From assembly GCA_020351855.1 (NCBI GenBank), contig CP070670.1:2843274-2907273 (forward strand): a stretch of 64,000 nt of DNA, read 5' to 3'. A program made the position numbers and the translations under genes. Below, in pieces: positions 18,320 through 28,343 of this stretch (within the stretch, counting starts at the first letter, position 1; each line of letters begins with the position of its first letter). Under the pieces are notes generated by a model. The model was not told the DNA's origin. It worked only from the letters and a program-made list of their open reading frames with translations, and searched no databases. This DNA comes from Gemmatimonadota bacterium. Lineage in GTDB: Bacteria; Gemmatimonadota; Gemmatimonadetes; Palauibacterales; Palauibacteraceae.

Positions 18320-20053
18320 ATGAAGCTCGCCGACACGATGGCGTGGAGGCCCGGGAGCCTGCAGGCGGCGCTGTACGCCACCCTGGCCGCCGCCGTCCTC
18401 GCCATGGCCTGCGCCGACCGCGCGCCCCGGACGGACGAGGCGGCGGAGGTTCCGAACGAGGCCGCCCTGATCGCCCGCTACGCCGCGCCGCTCGAAGGGG
18501 CCCCCGGATCGGTACCGCTGTTCGACCGGCTGGGGACTTACCACCGCGCGATCTCGACAGGATCCGCCCGGGCGCAGAGCTATTTCGACCAGGGACTGCG
18601 GCTCCAGTACGCGTTCAACCACGCCGAGGCGATCCGAGCTTACGAGGAGGCGCTGCGCTACGACCCTCACTGCCCCATCTGCTGGTGGGGCATCGCCCTG
18701 GCATCGGGAAACAACATCAATGCGCCGCTGGAGACCGAGAGCGGCCGCCGGGCTTATGCCGCGGTGCAGAGGGCGGTGGAGCTGTCGGAGAATGCCGGGC
18801 CGGCGGAGCGTGACCTCATCGCGGCGCTGGCCGCCCGGTACGGTCCGGATCCCGGGAAGAACCGGGTGAGCCTCGACTCCGCCTACGCGCGGGCCATGGC
18901 CGATGTCGCAGCGGCCCATCCGGATGACGGCGACGTGCTCACGCTGTACGCCGCTTCCCTCATGAACCTGAGCCCCTGGGACTACTGGGATGAAGACCAT
19001 CAGCCGAGGCCGGGAACGGAGCAGATTCTCGCCGCGCTGACTCGTGCACTCGAGCTCGACCCCGATAACCCCGGAGCCTGCCACTACTACATCCACTCGG
19101 TGGAAGCCGCCTATCCGGAGCGCGCGGTAGAGTGCGCCGACCGGCTGGCGGCGCTGATGCCGGGCGCCGGCCATATCGTCCACATGCCCGGCCACATCTA
19201 CATCAGGGTCGGACGGTACGCGGATGCCGTGCGGGCCAACGAGCACGCGGTGCATGAGGACGAACAGTACATCGCCGACCAGCAACCCGGCGGCGGTCTC
19301 TACCCGACGGCCTACTACCCGCACAACTACCATTTCATGTGGTTCGCGGCATCCATGGCGGGGATGAGCGAGAAGGCACTGTACGCCGCGCGCACCGTCG
19401 CCCCGAAAGTGCCCCATGAGGTGGCGAAGCAGATCTACTGGATCCAGAACGTGCTCGTGCTTCCCCAACTCGCCCAGGTGACCTTTGGCCGCTGGGAGCC
19501 CGTGCTCGAGGCGCCAATGCCGCCCGAGGACCTTCGGACCGCAACCGCCATGGCCCGGTACGCTCGCGGGGTCGCTCTGGCAGCCACCGGGCGCCCCGCC
19601 GACGCGGCAGCGGAGCTGGACGAGATCGAGCAGCTGCTGGCCGACTCGGGGGAGGGAGAAGACGGGCTGGGCACCAACGAGGTGATCGCGATCGCCCGGC
19701 TCGCGCTGGCGGGCGAGATGGCGCTCCGCACAGGAGACCCGGCGATGGCCGTCGAGCACTTCACGGCCGCGGTCGAGATCGAGGACAGCATGCTCTACGA
19801 GGAACCACCGCTATGGTACTATCCGCTCCGCCACTCGCTCGGCCTCGCCCTGCTCGAGGCCGGGCGGCCGGCGGATGCCGCAGCAGCGTATCGGGAGGAC
19901 CTGAAGCGCTTCCCGGAGAACGGCTGGTCGCTCTACGGCCTCGCCCAGGCGCTGTCTGCCCAGGGAGCGGAAGCCGAGGCGGACAGCGTACGAGCACGCT
20001 TCGAGACGGCCTGGTCCGGAGCCGACACGCAGCTTGCGGCGTCGCGCTTCTGA
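18320..20053 (+). CDS. His-rich TPR-containing lipoprotein of unknown function
   Basis: ATG after AGAGGAAGC; lipobox LAMA-C; AQ.YFDQGL...YAFNH.EA, CHYYIH, HIVHMPGHIY, YYPHNYHF motifs; C-terminal TPRs. Confidence 0.8.
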   Translation: MKLADTMAWRPGSLQAALYATLAAAVLAMACADRAPRTDEAAEVPNEAALIARYAAPLEGAPGSVPLFDRLGTYHRAISTGSARAQSYFDQGLRLQYAFNHAEAIRAYEEALRYDPHCPICWWGIALASGNNINAPLETESGRRAYAAVQRAVELSENAGPAERDLIAALAARYGPDPGKNRVSLDSAYARAMADVAAAHPDDGDVLTLYAASLMNLSPWDYWDEDHQPRPGTEQILAALTRALELDPDNPGACHYYIHSVEAAYPERAVECADRLAALMPGAGHIVHMPGHIYIRVGRYADAVRANEHAVHEDEQYIADQQPGGGLYPTAYYPHNYHFMWFAASMAGMSEKALYAARTVAPKVPHEVAKQIYWIQNVLVLPQLAQVTFGRWEPVLEAPMPPEDLRTATAMARYARGVALAATGRPADAAAELDEIEQLLADSGEGEDGLGTNEVIAIARLALAGEMALRTGDPAMAVEHFTAAVEIEDSMLYEEPPLWYYPLRHSLGLALLEAGRPADAAAAYREDLKRFPENGWSLYGLAQALSAQGAEAEADSVRARFETAWSGADTQLAASRF

Positions 20054-20088
20054 CCGCGCCCGCAGACGCCTACGGGCTCGGAGGAGGA

Positions 20089-20649
20089 ATGAGCGAGAGG
20101 ACGATGGAGCGCACCCCGGTTCTGCCCGCCGCGGCGGTCGAGCGGATCCGGACGTCCGTTGACCGGGGGATCGAGGCCATGAAGCGTCGCGACTCGGTGG
20201 GCCGGGGCACGGCGGTGACGAAGGTGCGCATGGTCGATGGCCTGACCTGCCGGGTGGAGGACGGCGCCTGGTCGCTGACGGTGGACATGCCCGGCCGGGC
20301 GGGCGGGAACGACGCGGGCCCCAACCCCGGGGTGATCGGGCGTGGCGCGCTCGGCTCCTGCCTGGCGATCGCGTACGGATTGTGGGCGGCCCGACGCGGG
20401 GTCCCGATCGACTCGCTGGAGGTCGAGGTGCAGGCGGACTACGACGTGCGCGGACAGTACGGGTTGGACGAAAACATCCCCGTCGCGTACAGCGAGATCC
20501 GGTATGTCGTCTCCGTGCGGAGCGACGCACCCGAGCACGAGGTGCTGGCGGCGCTCGAGGATGCGGAGGCGCACTGCGTCTACCTCAAGATCTTCACGGA
20601 GCCCCAGCGCGTTTGCCGGGAAGTGCGATTCGAGGGGGCGAGCCGCTAG
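20089..20649 (+). CDS. OsmC/Ohr family protein
   Basis: GGAGGAGG RBS; DMP...GG...GPNPG, GSC and a second Cys (AHC). Confidence 0.85.
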   Translation: MSERTMERTPVLPAAAVERIRTSVDRGIEAMKRRDSVGRGTAVTKVRMVDGLTCRVEDGAWSLTVDMPGRAGGNDAGPNPGVIGRGALGSCLAIAYGLWAARRGVPIDSLEVEVQADYDVRGQYGLDENIPVAYSEIRYVVSVRSDAPEHEVLAALEDAEAHCVYLKIFTEPQRVCREVRFEGASR

Positions 20650-20657
20650 GAGGAAAC

Positions 20658-21497
20658 GTGGACGCGAGGCTTCAGCGCAGGGTGCAGCGATACGGCTGGG
20701 ACCGGTCCGCTCGGCACTACGAGCGCTACTGGAAGCGCCAGCTCGAGCCGGCGCAGTCGCTGCTTCTCCGCATGGCAGGGCTGCGGCAGGGGGAGAAGGT
20801 GCTGGACGTGGCCTGCGGCACGGGGCTGGTGACGCTGCCCGCGGCCGACGCCGTGGGCCCGGCCGGGGAGGTCGTCGGCATCGACATATCCGACCGGATG
20901 GTCGAGCAGGTGGCGCGGCAGGCTGCGGATCGGGGCATCGCGCACGTGCGTTCGGAGCGGATGGACGCCGAGGCATTCAGCTTCCCCGATGCCACCTTCG
21001 ACGCCGTGCTCTGTGGCCTGGGGCTGATGTACGTGCCGGATCCGGAGCGATCCCTTCGCGAGATGCACCGGGTGCTCAGGCCGGGCGGACGGGCCGTAAG
21101 CGCCGTCTGGGGCTCGAGGAAGAGGTGCGGCTGGGCCGAGATCTTCCCGATCGTGGACGCGCGTGTGAGCACCGAGGTCTGTCCCCTGTTCTTTCAGCTC
21201 GGGACCGGGGAGGCGCTGGCCCTCACCTATCGGGCGGCGGGGTTTCAGCAGATCGATACGGAGCGGATCGACACCGTTCTCGAATACGACGGGCCGGACG
21301 ACGCGCTAGGCGCGGCGTTCGCGGGCGGACCGGTCGCCATGGCCTACGCGCGCTTCGACGAGGCGGATCGTGCCGGCGCCCACGCGGAGTATCTGGCCTC
21401 GATCGAGCCGTACCGGGTCGACGGAGGGTACCGGATCCCCGGCGAGTTCGTCGTCGTCAGCGGGATGAGGGGACAGAACGCTTCTCTCACCGTATAA
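20658..21497 (+). CDS. Class I SAM-dependent methyltransferase (UbiE-like)
   Basis: GTG after AGGAGG; VLDVACGTG, GIDIS, FDAV, RVLRPGG motifs. Confidence 0.88.
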   Translation: MDARLQRRVQRYGWDRSARHYERYWKRQLEPAQSLLLRMAGLRQGEKVLDVACGTGLVTLPAADAVGPAGEVVGIDISDRMVEQVARQAADRGIAHVRSERMDAEAFSFPDATFDAVLCGLGLMYVPDPERSLREMHRVLRPGGRAVSAVWGSRKRCGWAEIFPIVDARVSTEVCPLFFQLGTGEALALTYRAAGFQQIDTERIDTVLEYDGPDDALGAAFAGGPVAMAYARFDEADRAGAHAEYLASIEPYRVDGGYRIPGEFVVVSGMRGQNASLTV

Positions 21498-21605
21498 TGG
21501 GGGATTGCAGGTGAACTCGGATTCTCCGCGTCCCGCCTTGCCGCGGGGGGAAAGGCACCCGATGCAGCAGCTTGACCGGTCCGCGACACCGGACGGTGAG
21601 CGCCC

Positions 21606-23201
21606 TTGAAGAGGCTCCGCGTAGGCGTCGTCGACCTCGTCGCCAAGGCCCCGATGCGCTCCCTCTACGCGCGCCTCATGCACCCGAACCTCGCGGGCCT
21701 CATGCCCCAGGCGGTCGCCGTCTGGGCCGAGCAGCTGGGCCACGACGTCCACTACGTGTGCTACACGGGGTTCGAGAACCTCCTCGAGGAGCTCCCGTCG
21801 GACACCGACATCGTGTTCATCAGCGCGTTCTCCCAGGCCGGGCAGCTCGCCTACGCGGTCAGCAACCTGTTCCGGTCGCGGGGCGCGGTGACGGCGCTCG
21901 GAGGGCCTCATGCGCGCTGCTATCCGGAGGACGCGCGGAAGTACTTCGACTACGTGCTCGGTCTCACGGACCGCTCGACGATCGAGGCCGTGCTTCGGGA
22001 CTGCGCACCGCACCGGCCGTACGGCGAGCACCTGAGCGCCGCCCGGCAGCCGGCCCGGCTGCCGGGCGTGAGGGAGCGCTGGAAGTTCATTCAGCCGACA
22101 CTGGCCAAGGCACCGACGAGCGTGAAGGGGGTGCCGATGATCGCCAGCCTCGGCTGCCCCTATACCTGCAGCTTCTGCATCGATTCGACGATCAAGTACC
22201 AGCCGCTGGATGCGGACGAGATTCGGGAAGACCTCGAGTTTCTCGTCCGCACGATGCCCGGCGCCTGGGTAGGCTGGCACGACCCCAACTTCGGGGTCCG
22301 CTTCGACGACTACATGGAGGCGATCGAGGCCGCGAACGGTGACGGCAAGCTGTCCTTCGTGGCCGAGAGCAGCCTGTCGCTCCTCGCGGAGCCGCGCCTG
22401 CGGCGGCTCCGGGATGCCGGCTTCAAGGCGCTCTTGCCGGGCATCGAGTCCTGGTACACGCTGGGCAACAAATCCAAGACGGGCGCCGAGACGGGGCTGG
22501 CAAAGGTGGAAGCGGTCTCGGACCATGTGAACACGATCCTCGAGTATGTCCCCTACGTGCAGACGAACTTCGTGCTCGGGCTGGACACGGACGAGGGACC
22601 GGAGCCGTTCGAGCTGACGAAGCGGTTCATCGACAGGACGCCGGGGGCGTTTCCGGGCTACTCCTTGCTGTCGGCGTTCGGAGAGGCGGCGCCGCTCAAC
22701 CTCGAATACCAAAAGGCGGACAGGGTGATACCCTTCCCCTTCCACTTCCAGAACAACAGCCAGGCGATGAACGTCCGCCCGCTGAACTACGAGTGGGAGG
22801 ACTTCTACGATCACGTCATCGACCTGACCCAGTACAGCTTCTCGTGGCGGAGCATCGGCCGGCGCGCGCGAGCCACGAAGCGCGGGTTCGCCACCTGGAT
22901 GAACATCGTTCGGGCCATCTCGTCGGAGGGGTTCGGGCGGATCAAGTACTATTCCGCGGTCCGGGAGGCCCTGGGGACGGATCCCGCGATGAGACGGTTC
23001 TTCGATGGCGAGACCGCCGAAGTGCCCTCGTTCTACGTGGACCGCCTCCGCAAGGAGCTGGGACCCGCCTGGGAGTGGCTGCCGGAGGGAGCCCTCCAGC
23101 ACGATCCCAAGGCCTACCTGAAGAAGGTGAACGCGGGACTCGCCGAAGGCGCGAAGACCGACCCTCCCGAGCTACCGCCCGCCGCCGCTGCCCTGGGCTG
23201 A
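21606..23201 (+). CDS. B12-binding-domain radical SAM protein
   Basis: GGPHA at the end of a B12-binding-like domain; SLGCPYTCSFC (CxxxCxxC); DPNF, GIES, FVLGLD. Confidence 0.85.
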   Translation: MKRLRVGVVDLVAKAPMRSLYARLMHPNLAGLMPQAVAVWAEQLGHDVHYVCYTGFENLLEELPSDTDIVFISAFSQAGQLAYAVSNLFRSRGAVTALGGPHARCYPEDARKYFDYVLGLTDRSTIEAVLRDCAPHRPYGEHLSAARQPARLPGVRERWKFIQPTLAKAPTSVKGVPMIASLGCPYTCSFCIDSTIKYQPLDADEIREDLEFLVRTMPGAWVGWHDPNFGVRFDDYMEAIEAANGDGKLSFVAESSLSLLAEPRLRRLRDAGFKALLPGIESWYTLGNKSKTGAETGLAKVEAVSDHVNTILEYVPYVQTNFVLGLDTDEGPEPFELTKRFIDRTPGAFPGYSLLSAFGEAAPLNLEYQKADRVIPFPFHFQNNSQAMNVRPLNYEWEDFYDHVIDLTQYSFSWRSIGRRARATKRGFATWMNIVRAISSEGFGRIKYYSAVREALGTDPAMRRFFDGETAEVPSFYVDRLRKELGPAWEWLPEGALQHDPKAYLKKVNAGLAEGAKTDPPELPPAAAALG

Positions 23202-23363
23202 TGCTCCGCCAGCCGGCGGCTCGCCGGCCGGCCGATCGTGGGCGACGCGCCTTCAGGCGGCATCCCGACACCGGGCACCGCGGGTTCTGACGCGAGAGCC
23301 CCGCCAGGGCGGGGCTCTGCGCTGCCTGCAGCCGGACCGCCGCTCGGCGGCCGGCAGAGAACC

Positions 23364-24122
23364 CTACGGCTTGGTGATCCGCATCTCCCAGATGTAGTCC
23401 GTGTGCGAGCCGCAGATCTCGCTGAACGCGTTCATCGTGAGAGGCTCTTCCTCCCACAGGTCCTCGATGATCTGGCCTCGGGCCGCGAGCAGCGAGGCCA
23501 GGTCGGTCGCATCGATTACGGAAACCCTGCGGTACTCTCCGCCGATGTTGTGGGTGAGCCAGCTCCAGCCGGTGATGGTCCCCTCGGCCACATGCCGGTT
23601 GTAGATCTCGGCGAGGCTCTCCTCCACCATGTCATCGGTGCGGCCTTCCTCGACGAAGTCGCACACCATGTACGTGGACATCGCCACGGAGGGGCGCCCC
23701 TGCGACATCAACGGATCCGAGGCCGCCGTGACCTCCCACACCTGGTCGTCGTGCGAGGGGCAGACCTCCATCAGCCGTGGAAGCGCATCGGCGGCCTCCG
23801 CCTCCAGATCCGACTCGAGGGCCTCGCGGGCCATCATGACGGAGGGGACATCGGCCCCCACCATGTAGAGCAGTCGGCGCCAGTGGCCTCCGGTGTGATG
23901 GGCGTACCAGCCCCATGAGTTGATGTTGCCCTCGGCCACGTGCCGATCGAGGATCGGCCCGAACTGTTCGGCGATGATCGTGTCGGCTCGGGCCTCCTTC
24001 GACTGGTTGCAGTGGAAGTACATGCCGAAGACGCCCGGATCGGGCTCTTCCTCCTGTGCAAGCGCGGTCAGCGGCAGCAGCAGGGCAGCCAGCGCCGACG
24101 CGAGGGTGAGTCGCGACCTCAT
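23364..24122 (-). CDS. Secreted protein with two tandem homologous domains (probable dimeric alpha-beta barrel)
   Basis: AAAGGAGG RBS; signal peptide; repeats share C...RHVAEG.I..W.W..H..GG..RR...C.SH.D..WE. Confidence 0.8.
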   Translation of the reverse strand: MRSRLTLASALAALLLPLTALAQEEEPDPGVFGMYFHCNQSKEARADTIIAEQFGPILDRHVAEGNINSWGWYAHHTGGHWRRLLYMVGADVPSVMMAREALESDLEAEAADALPRLMEVCPSHDDQVWEVTAASDPLMSQGRPSVAMSTYMVCDFVEEGRTDDMVEESLAEIYNRHVAEGTITGWSWLTHNIGGEYRRVSVIDATDLASLLAARGQIIEDLWEEEPLTMNAFSEICGSHTDYIWEMRITKP

Positions 24123-24260
24123 GCGAGCCTCCTTTGATGGGACGGGACGATGAGCGCAGTCGACTATCGGTATACGGAGCATCAGCCGAGGCTGCAATGC
24201 CCCTGACCGGAGGACGCGGCCCTGGCCTGCCGGGCTCGGGTGACGTCATTTGGAGCCGGC

Positions 24261-25136
24261 ATGACGACCCAAACCGAAGTCGCGCCGCTCCGCCGGGTGA
24301 TCGTAAAGCACCCCCGCGAGGCCTTCGTCAGCGACCTCACGGTCGCGCGGGCCTGGCGCGACTTCGGGTTTGAGGGCCGGCCCGACCTCCGCACGGCGAT
24401 CGACGAGTACGATGCCTTCCTCGAGATCCTCGAGGGGTTCGGGACGGAGGTCCATCGTCTGCCGCGCGACGACCAGGTGGGCCTGGACTCGCTCTATCCG
24501 CGGGACGCCGCCATCTCCACGGACGCCGGACTGGTGCTGTGCAACATGGGCAAGGCGCTGCGCCGGCAAGAGCCGCGCGCCCTCGAACGGTTCGCCGCGG
24601 AGCTGGGCCTACCGGTCCGCGGGGCGATCACGGGCCGCGGCCTCCTGGAAGGTGGCGATGTGGTGTGGCTCGACGAGCGCACGCTGGCGGTGGGACGCAG
24701 CTACCGGTCGAACGAGGAAGGCATCCGTCAGCTGCACGACATTCTCGGCGAGGCCATCGAGCTGGCCGTCGTGCCGCTGCCCCATTATCGGGGGCCGGGC
24801 GACGTGTTCCACCTGATGTCGATCCTGAGCCCGATCGACCGGAAGCTGGCGCTGGTCTACTCGCCGCTGCTGCCCATCCCGTTCCGCGAATGGCTGCTGG
24901 CGCGCGGGATCCGGCTTGTCGAGACTCCGGAGCCCGAGTTCCGCTCTCTCGGCTGCAACGTCCTGACGCTCGCTCCGGGCCTCTGCGTGGCACTGGAAGG
25001 AAACCCTCTGACGCGGGCACGCCTCGAGGCGGCCGGCGCGCAGGTGATCACGTTCCGGGGCTCCGAGATCTGCGCCAGGGGAAACGGCGGCCCCACCTGT
25101 CTGACCCGCCCGCTGGAGCGCGGCCCCCAGGGCTGA
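24261..25136 (+). CDS. Amidinotransferase superfamily (DDAH/arginine deiminase-like)
   Basis: DSLYPRD, R..E, LEGGD, FHL and GGPTCLT (catalytic Cys) motifs. Confidence 0.85.
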   Translation: MTTQTEVAPLRRVIVKHPREAFVSDLTVARAWRDFGFEGRPDLRTAIDEYDAFLEILEGFGTEVHRLPRDDQVGLDSLYPRDAAISTDAGLVLCNMGKALRRQEPRALERFAAELGLPVRGAITGRGLLEGGDVVWLDERTLAVGRSYRSNEEGIRQLHDILGEAIELAVVPLPHYRGPGDVFHLMSILSPIDRKLALVYSPLLPIPFREWLLARGIRLVETPEPEFRSLGCNVLTLAPGLCVALEGNPLTRARLEAAGAQVITFRGSEICARGNGGPTCLTRPLERGPQG

Positions 25137-25167
25137 GGTGCAGCGAGCGCGGTCTCGGGCGGGCGGA

Positions 25168-26760
25168 CTATCCTTCTCGCCTCGCGTCCCGGAGGACGGC
25201 CCGCGCGGCATTGGTGCCGGGAATCGCGCTTACGCCCCCGCCCGGATGCGCGCCGGCCCCGCACAGATAGAGTCCACGTACCGGGGTGCGGTAACGGGCC
25301 CATCCGGGCACCGGACGCATGAAGAAGAGCTGGTCGAGCGCCATCTCGCCGTGCGCGGCGCAGCCCCCGGAGAGGCCGTAGGTCTCCTCCAGGTCGGCCG
25401 GAGAGATCACCTGGCGGTGCAGGACGGACCGCTCGAAGCCCGGTGCGTACTCGGCGAGCGTCCGGACGACGAGGTCGCCCAGCGCGTCGCGACGCGCCCC
25501 GTCCCACGCTCCTTCCCGGAGATCGAGCGGCGCGTACTGCACGTACACAGACATCACGTGCCGGCCCGGCGGCGCGAGGCTCGAATCCGTCAGGGAGGGA
25601 AGCACGGCCTCGAGAACTGGCGATCGGGAGATTCCGCCGTACTTGGCATCGTCGTACGCCATCTCCAGATGATCGAGGCCGGGGCTGATCCGAATCAGGC
25701 CCGCCAGCAGCCCGGGCTCTCCCTCTGCCCCAGTAAATCGGGGAAGCTCGGCCAATCCCAGGTTCACCTTCGCGCCGGCCCCGCGCATCCGGATGTGGCC
25801 CACCTGTCGCACGAACGCGGGATCGAGCGCCTCCGGTGGCACCAGCTGCAGGAAGGTGCGCCTCGGATCGGCGTTCGAGACGACCCGCCGCGCGGCGATC
25901 TCCTCCCCGTCGACGAGGGCCACGCCCGTCGCCGAGCCGTCGGCCGTGCGGATCTGCCCCACCTCCGCCCCGGTCCGGATTTCGGCGCCGCTCGCCTGCG
26001 CGGCGCTCGCGAGGGCTGCGGTCAGGCGGCCCGTGCCGCCGACCACCAGCTCCGTCGGGCGCAGCACTTCGGGGCCGGGCGAGAGGCTGCCCAGCAGGTG
26101 GTACGCGGTGCCGGCGGCGCGCGGCCCCTGGAAGAACCCGGTCACGGCCGGGGCCGCCAGCACACCGCGCAGCGGCTCGGACTCGAACCACTCGTCGAGA
26201 AGCTCCGCCGCCGACATGGGCAGGAGCCGCAACACCTCGCCCAGCTCCCTCCGGCCCAGGTACCTGAGGCGGGCGAGTAGCCCGAGGAGCGCGCGGAGAT
26301 CCCGGGACGCCTCCATCGGCACATCCGGCGGGACCATGCGGCGTACCTGGGCGAGGAAGCGCACGGCAGGCCTGGCGGCCATCCCGAAGCGGGACCAGCG
26401 CTCCGCATCGGCGGGCGAGCGGCGCCGGATCTCCCCGGCGGTCCGGGCGGGGTCCGTCCAGATGAGGAGGGGAGCCCCATCGCGCGTGGGGACGAACACG
26501 GGCGGATCGGGCCGACGAAGCTCCAGCCCGTGGCGCGCCAGCCCGAGGTCGCGGATCAGCGTCGGCTGAAGGCCCCCGGTCCGGTGGGCGCAGCTGTCGA
26601 ACCGAAAGCCGGGGACGGACTCCTCCGTGACGGCCGCGCCTCCCAGGACCTCGCGGCGCTCCACCACCAGCACGCGGAGTCCGGCCCGGGCGAGATACGC
26701 CGCACAGGCCAACCCGTTGTGGCCGGCGCCCACCACGATAACGTCGTGCCGTGGGCTCAT
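25168..26760 (-). CDS. Phytoene-desaturase/PYROXD2-like FAD oxidoreductase (second copy)
   Basis: VVGAGHNGL Rossmann motif, LGGAAVTEE, D.SLAPPGRH, LYLCGAGAHPGGGV; ATGA overlap with upstream paralog. Confidence 0.88.
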   Translation of the reverse strand: MSPRHDVIVVGAGHNGLACAAYLARAGLRVLVVERREVLGGAAVTEESVPGFRFDSCAHRTGGLQPTLIRDLGLARHGLELRRPDPPVFVPTRDGAPLLIWTDPARTAGEIRRRSPADAERWSRFGMAARPAVRFLAQVRRMVPPDVPMEASRDLRALLGLLARLRYLGRRELGEVLRLLPMSAAELLDEWFESEPLRGVLAAPAVTGFFQGPRAAGTAYHLLGSLSPGPEVLRPTELVVGGTGRLTAALASAAQASGAEIRTGAEVGQIRTADGSATGVALVDGEEIAARRVVSNADPRRTFLQLVPPEALDPAFVRQVGHIRMRGAGAKVNLGLAELPRFTGAEGEPGLLAGLIRISPGLDHLEMAYDDAKYGGISRSPVLEAVLPSLTDSSLAPPGRHVMSVYVQYAPLDLREGAWDGARRDALGDLVVRTLAEYAPGFERSVLHRQVISPADLEETYGLSGGCAAHGEMALDQLFFMRPVPGWARYRTPVRGLYLCGAGAHPGGGVSAIPGTNAARAVLRDARREG

Positions 26761-28343
26761 CGGCGGCGGTCCCTCAGAATCCTCGCGGCCGCTAGGCGAC
26801 CGGGCGCTCCGCAGACCCCCCCTCCCGGATGAGCCCCCGAACCGCACAGGTACAGGTTGGCGATCGGCGTCCGGTAGTCCGCCCATCCGGGGGCGGGGCG
26901 GAGGAAGAACAGCTGGTGAAGGGAAAGCTCGCCGTGGAAGATGTTCCCCCCGGTGAGTCCGAAGGTCTCCTCCATGTCCGCCGGGGTGAGAACCTGGCGA
27001 TGGAGGATGAGGTCACTGAGATCCGGGGCGTACTCGCACAGCGTATCGATCACCGCGTCCCCGAAAGCCTCCCGCCGAGCATCGTTCCAGCCCCCATCGA
27101 GCTCGTACGGCGCATACTGCACGAAGATGGACATCACGTGCCGGCCGGGCGGCGCCATGCCCGGGTCGATCATCGAGGGCAGGACGATGTCCATGTACGG
27201 ACGCTTCGAGAACGCCCCGTACTTCGCGTCGTCGTAGGCGCGCTCCAGGTACTCCACGGTAGGACTGATCGAGATCGCCCCGCGGAGGTGCGCCCCGTCC
27301 CCTGGAAGCGCCGTGAAGCTCGGTGCCCCCGCGAGGGCGAGGTTCACCTTGCCGGACGATCCGCGAATCCGGAAGCGACGGATCGCATCGACGAAGTCCC
27401 GAGGCAGATCCTCCGGTTCGAGAAGGTCCAGGAACGTCCGCTTCGGATCCACTCCCGAGACGACGATCGGCGCCTCGATCTCCTCGCCGCTCGCCAAAAG
27501 AACACCGACCGCCCTTCCCCCCCGCGTGAGAATCCGCTCCACCGGTGCCTCGGTTCGCACCCGCGCGCCGAAGCCCCGCGCGGCCGACGCGATCGCCTCG
27601 CTCACGGCACCGGTCCCGCCGCGGGCGAAGCCCCAGGCGCGGAAGGCCCCGTCGATCTCGCCCATGTAGTGGTGCAGCAGCACGTAAGCCGTTCCCGGCG
27701 ATCTCGGGCCGAGAAACGTCCCGATGATCCCGCTGGCCGACATCGTGGCCTTGAGCGCCTCGGTCTCGAACCACTCGTCCAGGAAGTCGGCCGAGCTCAT
27801 GGTCATCAGCTTCACCAGGGCGGCCAGCTTCTCCGCGCCCAACCCTCTGAAATGGCCTGCCAGGCGCGCCATGGAGGCCAGGTTGCGCGGGCGCCACGAG
27901 GCGGGGTCGGGCGGCGCCATCTCCAGGACCGGCTTGACGGCCATGGCCAGCTGCACCATTAGCCGGCCGAACTCGTCGTACGCCTCGGCATCGCGATGGG
28001 AGTGCCGATGGATCTCCTGCCGGGTCCGGTCGTGGTCGGCCCACCGCACGAGATGATCGCCGTCCGGGAGCGGCGTGAACGTGCTCTCCAGCGGGAGGAT
28101 CTCGAGGCCGTGCCGGGCGAGATCGAGATCCCGGATGATCTCGGGCCTGAGGAGGCTCACGACGTAGGAGCACACGCAGTATCGGAAGCCGGGGAACACC
28201 TCCTCCGTCACCGCGGCCCCGCCCAGCACGTGCCGCCGCTCGAGCACCAGCACATTCAGGCCCGCACGAGCCAGATAGGCCGCGTTCACGAGACCGTTGT
28301 GTCCGCCTCCGACGATCACCGCATCCGGCCTTGCGCGCGTCAT
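26757..28343 (-). CDS. Phytoene-desaturase/PYROXD2-like FAD oxidoreductase (first copy)
   Basis: VGGGHNGL, CSYVVSLLRP, GTAYVLLHH.MGE, GGNIFHG, LYLCGSGAHPGGGV; ATGA overlap with the aminomethyltransferase gene. Confidence 0.9.
   Translation of the reverse strand: MTRARPDAVIVGGGHNGLVNAAYLARAGLNVLVLERRHVLGGAAVTEEVFPGFRYCVCSYVVSLLRPEIIRDLDLARHGLEILPLESTFTPLPDGDHLVRWADHDRTRQEIHRHSHRDAEAYDEFGRLMVQLAMAVKPVLEMAPPDPASWRPRNLASMARLAGHFRGLGAEKLAALVKLMTMSSADFLDEWFETEALKATMSASGIIGTFLGPRSPGTAYVLLHHYMGEIDGAFRAWGFARGGTGAVSEAIASAARGFGARVRTEAPVERILTRGGRAVGVLLASGEEIEAPIVVSGVDPKRTFLDLLEPEDLPRDFVDAIRRFRIRGSSGKVNLALAGAPSFTALPGDGAHLRGAISISPTVEYLERAYDDAKYGAFSKRPYMDIVLPSMIDPGMAPPGRHVMSIFVQYAPYELDGGWNDARREAFGDAVIDTLCEYAPDLSDLILHRQVLTPADMEETFGLTGGNIFHGELSLHQLFFLRPAPGWADYRTPIANLYLCGSGAHPGGGVCGAPGRLAAARILRDRRR

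Noticed and set aside
25168-28343. Carotenoid biosynthesis (crtI/crtO)
   Set aside because: No crtB/crtE/crtY nearby; the genes are coupled to an aminomethyltransferase instead
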